Assembly: GCA_951406725.2 (NCBI GenBank)
Contig: OX597826.1
Location: forward strand, 82,460,001-82,524,000
From: Octopus vulgaris
Lineage: Eukaryota
DNA: 64,000 nt
Direction: 5' to 3'
Shown here: piece by piece, positions 55,911 through 64,000 of the stretch
Numbering within the stretch: the first letter of the stretch is position 1
Layout: each line of letters starts with the position of its first letter
Made by a program: the position numbers and the translations under genes
Notes under the pieces: generated by a model
Seen by the model: only the letters and a program-made list of their open reading frames with translations
Database searches by the model: none
Told to the model about the DNA's origin: nothing

Positions 55911-56111
55911 AAGCGGTGAACTGGCAGAATCGTAAGCACGCTGGGCAATATACTTTGCCGCATTTCGTCTGTCTTTGCGTTGTAAGTTCAAATTGCGCCG
56001 AGATCCGTTCATTATTTTCGGGATCGATTGAATAAGTACCAGTTATGCACTAGGGTCAATGTAATTGAAATACTCCGTAAAATTGCTTGCCTTGTGCCAA
56101 AATGTGAAATT
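55911..56111 (+). mobile_element. SINE family B with 17-bp TSD
   Basis: Flanked by aatattaaatgattaca (55894-55910) and aatattaaaagattaca (56112-56128). Confidence 0.8.
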
Positions 56112-59100
56112 AATATTAAAAGATTACATTTCTTTCGCACATTTGAGTTAAGCATTCGAGGGTCTTACAATGAAAATGTTTTGAACACCATTTAATGATT
56201 AACATTGATATATCTAATAGTGTGCTTGTTCTAATAGTTTATGTACACAAATATTTGAGAATGTATTTTGTTGACGTGTTAAATAAGAATAGAACATAAA
56301 TTGGAGATTTTTTTGTTGTTGTTGACAAAGTATTTCACAATTTCCGATAGATTTCCGTCAGGTTCTGATCACACATAGATACGTAGTAAATGAGAGGTTT
56401 TGATGTGTCGTGGGAAGAGTAGACGAGACTAAAAACTAGAGATGAAAATATATATAAAAAAAACACATTTCGAATTGATTGAAAGACAACACAACACCAT
56501 GAGCAGAACACAAACAAATAAACATAGTAAAACACATCCGCTATTTATGATTCAAGCCAGAAATTTATTCTCTTTGAAATGATCCCCCACACAAAACAAA
56601 CAGAAATTGAACTGGTACTTAGAATAATTGCACTCCTCTCTGCTCCTACACTAAGTCTGTACATTTAAAAGGAACAAAAAAGAAAAGCGAAAATATATGA
56701 TGACACAAAATAGTCTGCGACATATATCTGAAGATAGAAGCCGCGCACATAGAGAGAAGGGAAGTGGCGGGGACTGGCGGCTGAGATACCGAAAACAGGA
56801 TGTTCATTTAAACATTCTGTAAAGTCTAAGTTATTTATATAAGATGAAGCAAAAATAAACGTCTGACATTAGAGATAAGCGTCTTATATAAACCAGAATT
56901 TATTTAGTTGTTAACATGTTTCTACATCTGGTAAAAAATTATTTCTGGGTGATTTCATTCCGATGTGAATGTTGAGTTTAAACAGATAGTAAAAGGCATC
57001 TATATGTTGGATTAAAGACGCAAAGTATTTATTTCCTAAAAACGAATTAGGTTAATTCCTTTTAATACAGAGAAAGATAAACTTTGCCCTGAAAGATAAA
57101 TTTCGCTATTGGATGGATGCTCTGGATTGAAACCTTTAAATATATTGTTTTAAATCACGTATATATAAAGTGTAAAATCTCAAAAAATTGTCAGAGGCAT
57201 AAAGAATCTTTTACCTTCAATATCCATATTATACGCAAATAAAGTCAGCCGAAACTGTTTCTGCAACTCTGTTCCAAGACTGCGAAATGTCTTCCAGTCT
57301 GATAAAACTCATTGGTTCCGATCTTGTCCCTTCACAAACCTTCAAATATTGTACTTGTGAACTATTTCGAACGATACGAAACAGTTCACCGTACTCGAGC
57401 CGAAGGTCTACGAGGGAAATCTCTCTCACACCAAGTACCACCTTCTTAGAAAACTTTGGATAATTGTGGTATTCCGATGTTTCTGAAATACATTATTTCA
57501 TAATGTCGATTTAGAGCTGAATAGCACCAACAGAAGGAATAGAAAACCACTCTCTAACGAATTTTATTCCTAGAATATGGTAATATCTGTTGCACTGGGA
57601 ATAGCTGACTTCTACCTTTTTCATTAAAAATACTTCAACTATATTAAGACGCAAACAGTATATTTAACAAGGAAAATGTTTTCTGTCCTCTGGATGTAAA
57701 CAAGCATACAAAAAAATTCCACGGTCATTAAAAGAATCAAGTCCCACATGAGTGGCACAGTGCCCGCTAAACCCCCAAAATATTTTACATATTAAAGATC
57801 ATCCTCGGCTAATCCAGCAACGACTGATCAAGATTAGAACAACCGTTGAAGGAAGGTGTTAAGGTGTTGCGCCACCCTTCGCTTTGCACTGATTACTACT
57901 GTTTTGAAATACGTATCCGTACCTAGTTTTGTTTTATTTACTTATTGTGTATCATCATTGCTAAATAAGTTTCCATGTGTTCCAGTTTTCCCACTGATCG
58001 GCATATTTATGGAGGTTGTGGGTTGGCACGGGACTCTCTACGGAACAAATACATCACGAGATTAAGTTTCCAAGAACACGGCTTTTCGTCATGTTTTCTT
58101 CTTTTTTTTGCCGATGTTTACAACTCACACACTAATACAGATATATGCACGTACGCACATACACATATGCACATACTTAATACATACATGCACCCACACA
58201 TAATATTTCGATGTTAATCCAATTGCTGGGATATGAAAATGCTATCACCTTTAGTTTAGTCACGAAAGCAGCGTTTCGTGCTCGACATTTTTACTCACCC
58301 ACCCAACATTACGTTACCCTGACATGATAAAAGTCCAAGACGTTTCAAGAGAGATTTGATCATACAATGCAGAAAAAGGAAAAAGTATCGCAAGGCATAC
58401 TTGGATAACATTAATGAGGCTGTTCATCTTAGAAAATAAAGTTACATTCTACGTTTCTGCTTTGTGTGAAAACAGAAATTTAAATAAAAAAAACTACAGA
58501 AACTGAATATTTTAATGAAATAATTCCTAAAATTCTTAAAGGCTCGAAGATAGTTTAAAGTATTTAGTTGTGTAGAGAGAGATATTGTTTAATAAGCTGA
58601 GTCTCAGTAATATATTTGAGCTGAGAGTGTCACGGTAGGACGGCCGTCACTGGGGATCGAGGACGACATGTTGGCAGTTTGCACCATAATTTCGCAAATG
58701 GTTCTAGGGGCCCTCTACACGTGACCATCTTGACCGTATTACTTTTATCCCAGTGGGATATCTTAAACGCTGAAAGAATTAAACGTAAAATTCACCTCCA
58801 CAAGATTTAATTTTAGGGAAAGCAAGGAAACGGAACAAATATCTGAGAGAATTCCATCCGACGCTCTAACGACTTTGTCAGTCGACCGTCTGAGAGTCAA
58901 GTAGCATAGATGTTATATATGTAGGAATTTTGGGACTCGGGAAATTCATTCATCGATGAAATTGGCTGTTCTGTTGCAACATTGCAGCTTCAGAACAGGC
59001 AATGTTTTCAGCTGGTTTGTAATAAAGCTTACTTATTCCAATTCTCGCTCATAATATTCATCTTAAAATAAAGGCAAAAGTGATTGATTTCATGTGTTAT

Positions 59101-59269
59101 AAGTAAGGATCCTTCATGCTCAATAAAGAGCGAAACTTTGCGGTTTAATGCGTAGCTGTACCCCATACATTTCTTGTAGCTGAAATATTCACTAATGAAA
59201 CCTCAGCCCGAAATTTTTTGTTTCAGTTCTATCATATTTCTATCCTGAACACTTACACTTCAAGTGCGA

Positions 59270-59760
59270 AAGTACAAGGTTGCTTAGAAGTAAAATGTAC
59301 CCTGCTTCATTTCTGAGTGTGATCCTTCTATTAGCCTTTTTATCCTATCCCCCATGTTTTCCCTTCCTCTCACTGATCAACTCCCAGTTAACACTAGTGT
59401 TCCCCAAAGTTTGTTTTTCTCCGAACAGTTTTTTTTATACACCAACAGACGGCTTGCTATCACTTCTAACGACGCTCACGTCTATGTATCTTATACTATG
59501 CTTCACATCTTCCTATATCTCCAAGTGTTATCCACATGTAAATCGGATATCCCAGTCAAAACCTACACTAACTCTGTGAATGTCTACCTACATGGAAAAT
59601 AGTTTTCATGGAGTCGATTTATTTCTACCGCCTTCAACTCTATAAATTGGTAACACTTACGTCTACCAGTTAAAGAATATTGTTTCCACCTACGAACACC
59701 AGGTAACCAGAATCATTGAAATCACTAAGTTTAAGCCGCATCATGACTGATAATACCCGC
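59270..59760 (+). mobile_element. Decayed LINE RT fragment
   Basis: SVPQSLFFSEQFFLYTNRRLAITSNDAHVYVSYTMLH aligns by eye to GVPQGSVLSP.LFL.FINDL..TSN.IHSYADD.TLH. Confidence 0.55.
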
Positions 59761-60459
59761 CGGCGATCGCACGTCTGCATAACAAAGGCAGAGTGCTTTC
59801 ACATGTAATAGCGTGTCACTATTCGTAATATCATTTAAATCGCAGACAGAATCTAAGAACAAAATTAGGTCAACTGTTCGGCATGACATGATTAACATGT
59901 TCTAAAAACTAAGTCTAACTTGTATAGAATCCTTTTTTTCTAGAGTTAGGTAAGTAAAGACTGATATTTAAGAACTGGTAGGTCAGATGTCACAAGAGGT
60001 CCACGTCAATTACACAGCACTTCTATTGCTCAGGGTTGGTGAGATTATACTCTGACTTACATCGTACGAACTGAGCTGCGCCAGTGAAGTTTATGCTTTT
60101 GTCATGAACAAATTTTGTCACACTGCTATGCACTGCAACTCATTCCTCCCGCGATTAACCTGTCAAATCAAGATGAATAACTTGCAATTTTTTTAAGCAG
60201 AAAATATTCCCGGCATTTAATATTTGCTATTCCACAGTGATTTTGAACTTTAATTGTATACAATCGATTATCCACTTCAAATAAAATTCTTTGTAATTCT
60301 TGTTACATCGAATATCATAACCATCATCACCTTTTCCAAAAGTACAAAGGGATTCATACATTATCAAACAGGCACACAAATACACACACATATGTCGATT
60401 ATATATATACTTATACCACATGTAATTGTGCGTGTATAAGTATGAGTGTGTGTATACAT

Positions 60460-60537
<78 letters not shown>

Positions 60538-61559
60538 GTATATGTGTACATATATATATGGCCGTCTTAAGATATGTAATGAATCTACATATGTATACAC
60601 GCTTGGTATCTAATCATTAACGCTATGAAAGATACTCATTCTCCTTCAGCTAATATCTCATTCATCAAAGATATGCTCATTGATCAAAATATCAATAAAT
60701 TTGTGTGTAAATGACTTCTAACAATAAGCTGACCAGATGCGCTCTTCACTGGATCATTATTTCAATCCCCCTTGGCTACCTTACAATTATTTATACACCA
60801 AATGATGCAAACTTATACTCACTTTTAATTAATCTAACTTTGTAAAGTTATGCACAACTAGTTTCGACGTACATGAAATACCTGGATAGCGACATCACCC
60901 AAACGCACACACACAAGAATGCACACACACACGCACCACACACACACGCACACATACTCAAACACAAATAAAAACATGGACACAAACATATAATAATTGT
61001 AAGCGATGGTTTTATCTCTGCTTAGCAATCCTGAAACTAGGAACCGAAATAAAACATAAACACTGAACCTTGTGAGGAATTGAACCTCCCAACACTCCGA
61101 GTTGTTCCTCTATAAATGGATTGTGTTCTCTGTCGCATAGAGGTCATTGCTTCCAGTAGATTCTATCTATCTATCTATATATCTATCTATCTATATATAT
61201 ATATATATATATATATATCTAGTAATCTATATATCTATCTCTTTCTGTCCCTCTTTCTCTCTCAGATTGCTCTCAACTTTATACCTCTCTATGTCTTTGT
61301 CAGCATATGCACACGTGTAATACAAAACATACATACATACATACAGAAATACCTGTTGTCTAGTGTTGTCAAGGTGCAACTGTTATGTATGGACATGAGC
61401 TAATGTAAAAAAATAATGAATAAAGAATGCATAAAATTACATAAATATTCATGAAAAATATGAAAAGGATTGCATGGGAAGGTATAAATATATATGCGCT
61501 TACATGGTTATACATCCACACTTATACATACGCATACAACTATACGAATGCATACACGC

Positions 61560-62260
61560 ATATATATATATATATATATAAAACTCAACTTGTGTGTCTG
61601 TGTGTTTAACTTCCCGGCACATCTTCTCCTAGCCAACAAATCGTAGAACCACCAAAAATGGGTCACTTAAAGTTTAGGCGAATGAAAATTGAACTGCGCT
61701 ATTTCTGTTCCGAAATTCATCTCGCAAGTGCAAAAATCGATAATGTTTTTGTTTAGGCCTTATCCCATGCATTGAATAGTGAACTTTACTCAGTCAGCTG
61801 TTTGACGTGAACTGTGTTCACCACGCGTGCAAGCATGCGTAAATTGCATGAAAAATAAAAATTCAAGATATAAAAACGAATCGCCGTAAACATTGTAGAA
61901 ATTCGGCAAAGAAATGAATTTTCGGGATGTAGCCTGGAAGGTTTTTTTGTATTAATCGTTTGGCCTTTGTGAACATACACCAATTGTTTTCATAACGTTT
62001 TTAACGGTTTGAATTAAATGTAACCATTTTGCGTTGACTCTGCAGTTTGAATCACTTTAACCAAATTTTAGCAGGCCGGATTTTTGATCATCACGATACA
62101 TCGCCAGCGACTCCCTGAAACTCTCCCCTGAAATCTCCGTTGAGAAATCTATATATATAAAACTCAACTTGTGTGTCTGTGTGTGTATCTGAGTGTATGT
62201 CTGTGTGTTTCACTTTTTGATCTGCCAAGTTTCATTATTAAGGATGGAAAGTAGTGTGTA
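61560..62260 (+). mobile_element. Two Helitron-like 5' termini
   Basis: tatatatataaaactcaacttgtgtgtctgtgtgt at about 61570, and a|tctatatatataaaactcaacttgtgtgtctg at 62148. Confidence 0.5.
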
Positions 62261-62265
62261 GCAAA

Positions 62266-62649
62266 TCTCTATATATAAAGCTGAAGTTGTCTGTGGCAGG
62301 TTTGGTAGCTTTCAACTAACACTATCTCCTTCGAGACCCTGCAGCGCAAGTTGACCAAAATTGATAGTATGATAGAAGACGGCTTGCTCTTCATTTGGTT
62401 GAAGATAAAATTCAAATCGGACCATGTTAACACCAAAAATTATTTACATCAAAAAGGTGCTTTTTTTCTATGAAAATCCCTATTTTTTACGATTTTTGAC
62501 TGCTGTGTCACCATTTTTCGGTGTATTTCAACTGGAAAAATGTTCACTTGAAGAGAATAACAAGTTGCATAATACAAAATTTTTACTTTTCAAAAATTCC
62601 AATTCTAAAGGATCGAAACACACCCAAGCAACACCGGGTGATACTACTA

Positions 62650-62650
<1 letters not shown>
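62266..62650 (+). mobile_element. Non-autonomous Helitron
   Basis: a|TC 5' end, subterminal hairpin caccc..gggtg (62621-62640), 3' CTAG|t end, no TSD. Confidence 0.8.
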
Positions 62651-62705
<55 letters not shown>

Positions 62706-62801
62706 GAGTAGATGTGTGTATGAATACATTTCAATGTATCTCTGTATATATGCATGTTGTTTAACTTTTTGTAAACACACACAAACATTAAAATTTGTAT
62801 A

Positions 62802-63228
62802 TTTACTCTTTTCTCTTTTACTCTTTTACTTGTTTCAGTCATTTGACTGCGGCCATGCTGGAGCACCGCCTTTAGTCGAGCAACTCGACCCCGGGACTTA
62901 TTCTTTTTTTGTAAGCCCAGTACTTATTCTATCGGTCTCTTTTTGCCGAACCGCTAAGTGACGGGGACCTAAACACACCAGCATCGGTTGTCAAGCAATG
63001 CTAGGGGGACAAACACAGACACACAAACAAACACACACATACATATATATATATATATACATATATACGACAGGCTTCTTTCAGTTTCCGTCTACCAAAT
63101 CCACTCACAAGGCTTTGGTCAGCCCGAGGCTATAGCAGAAGACACTTGCCCAAGGTACCACGCAGTGGGACTGAACCCGGAACCATGTGGTTGGTTAGCA
63201 AGCTACTTACCACACAGCCACTCCTGCG
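62802..63228 (-). mobile_element. SINE family A, full length
   Basis: tRNA-like head with A box tggctgtgtgg and B box ggttcagtccc, ccttgggcaagt core, internal microsatellite, (gagtaaaa)n tail. Confidence 0.9.
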
Positions 63229-63256
63229 CATACATATATACATAAATACTTAAATA

Positions 63257-63372
63257 TCTACATATATAAAACTGAGAATGCGTGTCTGTTTGTCTGCGTG
63301 AATCCCTAAAACTTGAGAACTACACAACCAATTACATTCACATTTTACACATGCCTTACTTAGAGTCCATGG
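63257..63372 (+). mobile_element. Helitron-like 5' terminus
   Basis: a|tctacatatataaaactgagaatgcgtgtctgtttgtctg. Confidence 0.5.
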
Positions 63373-63383
63373 GTTTAGGGCCG

Positions 63384-63500
63384 CTTGCTCTGAGCTCCGT
63401 AGGGATGACTGCTCACCGCCATCAGCCGGCAGACAGCACTACGGTGATCAGAGCTTGCTCTGGGCTCCGTAGGATGACTGCTCACCGCCACCAGCCGGGC
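63384..63500 (+). repeat. Direct repeat of about 47 bp
   Basis: gcttgctctg(a/g)gctccgtagg(g)atgactgctcaccgcca(t/c)cagccgg occurs twice. Confidence 0.85.
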
Positions 63501-64000
63501 ACTTCACTCCACTTCACTTCACATTGGAGTTCTAATGATAGCGAAATATTGGCAACAGTCACCAAGGATCTCAAAATAGTTGGCAATAATTATACTTTAA
63601 GTATATCCATTAAAAACGACGGATATCTAAGTGCTCAATCAACCTGCTTTGCTTTTCCCGAGAGATTTTGAAACTCAATAGTATTTTGACTCATGAATAC
63701 TTATCTACGCACCAACTCAGCGACGTTATTCGAGATTTCAAAGCTTATATTGAATCTTCAGATGTTTATGAAAACTTGTCAAAACATTGCACATTGACTG
63801 TTTTCCTCAAAGGGTATATTCTCATTGAAACTCTGTTTGTTTCTTTGGAATATAAACACCTTTATTGTAATGTCCTCTTGCTATTTGTAAAAAAAAAAGT
63901 ATGCTCTTGTGTTTTTCATATATGCAGTTCCTAACTGAAAGAAACCAGCTGTGCACTCCAGGCAAATAGAGAGTTCTTTTGTCTTAGAATATTTCGGGGT

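Noticed and set aside
57229-57441. 70-aa ORF as a host exon
   Set aside because: No recognisable domain or convincing splice context; more likely old LINE 3' sequence.
63140-63228. tRNA gene
   Set aside because: A and B boxes belong to a SINE head; no full cloverleaf.

Overview
AT-rich, repeat-saturated eukaryotic DNA. It is probably from a coleoid cephalopod such as Octopus; this is an inference from the two abundant tRNA-derived SINE families and the extreme microsatellite load. I see no host protein-coding exon, and most ORFs in the track are microsatellite read-throughs or decayed transposon fragments. Recognisable content: Penelope-like element (PLE) RT and GIY-YIG fragments, two R4/Dong-type REL-endonuclease LINE 3' fragments, several old APE-type LINE RT fragments, a gag-only LINE-ORF1 element, three Tc1/mariner relics, Helitron termini, and about 10 SINE copies. 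The main hidden signal is a dense set of minimal type I hammerhead ribozyme (HHR) motifs that I folded by eye. Seven have intact or near-intact cores (13045-, 13944+, 14640-, 14757+, 29506+, 50192-, 51460-), and there are further decayed copies (e.g. 31934-, 43576-, 49786+). They come from several unrelated sequence families. Most have a self-complementary stem III and a non-Watson-Crick 10.1/11.1 pair. Most sit in PLE-type termini that abut (TA)n tracts and repeatedly form long fold-back inverted repeats, including a perfect 170-bp-arm palindrome with one ribozyme on each strand. All folding and translation was done by hand, so coordinates of decayed elements are approximate.
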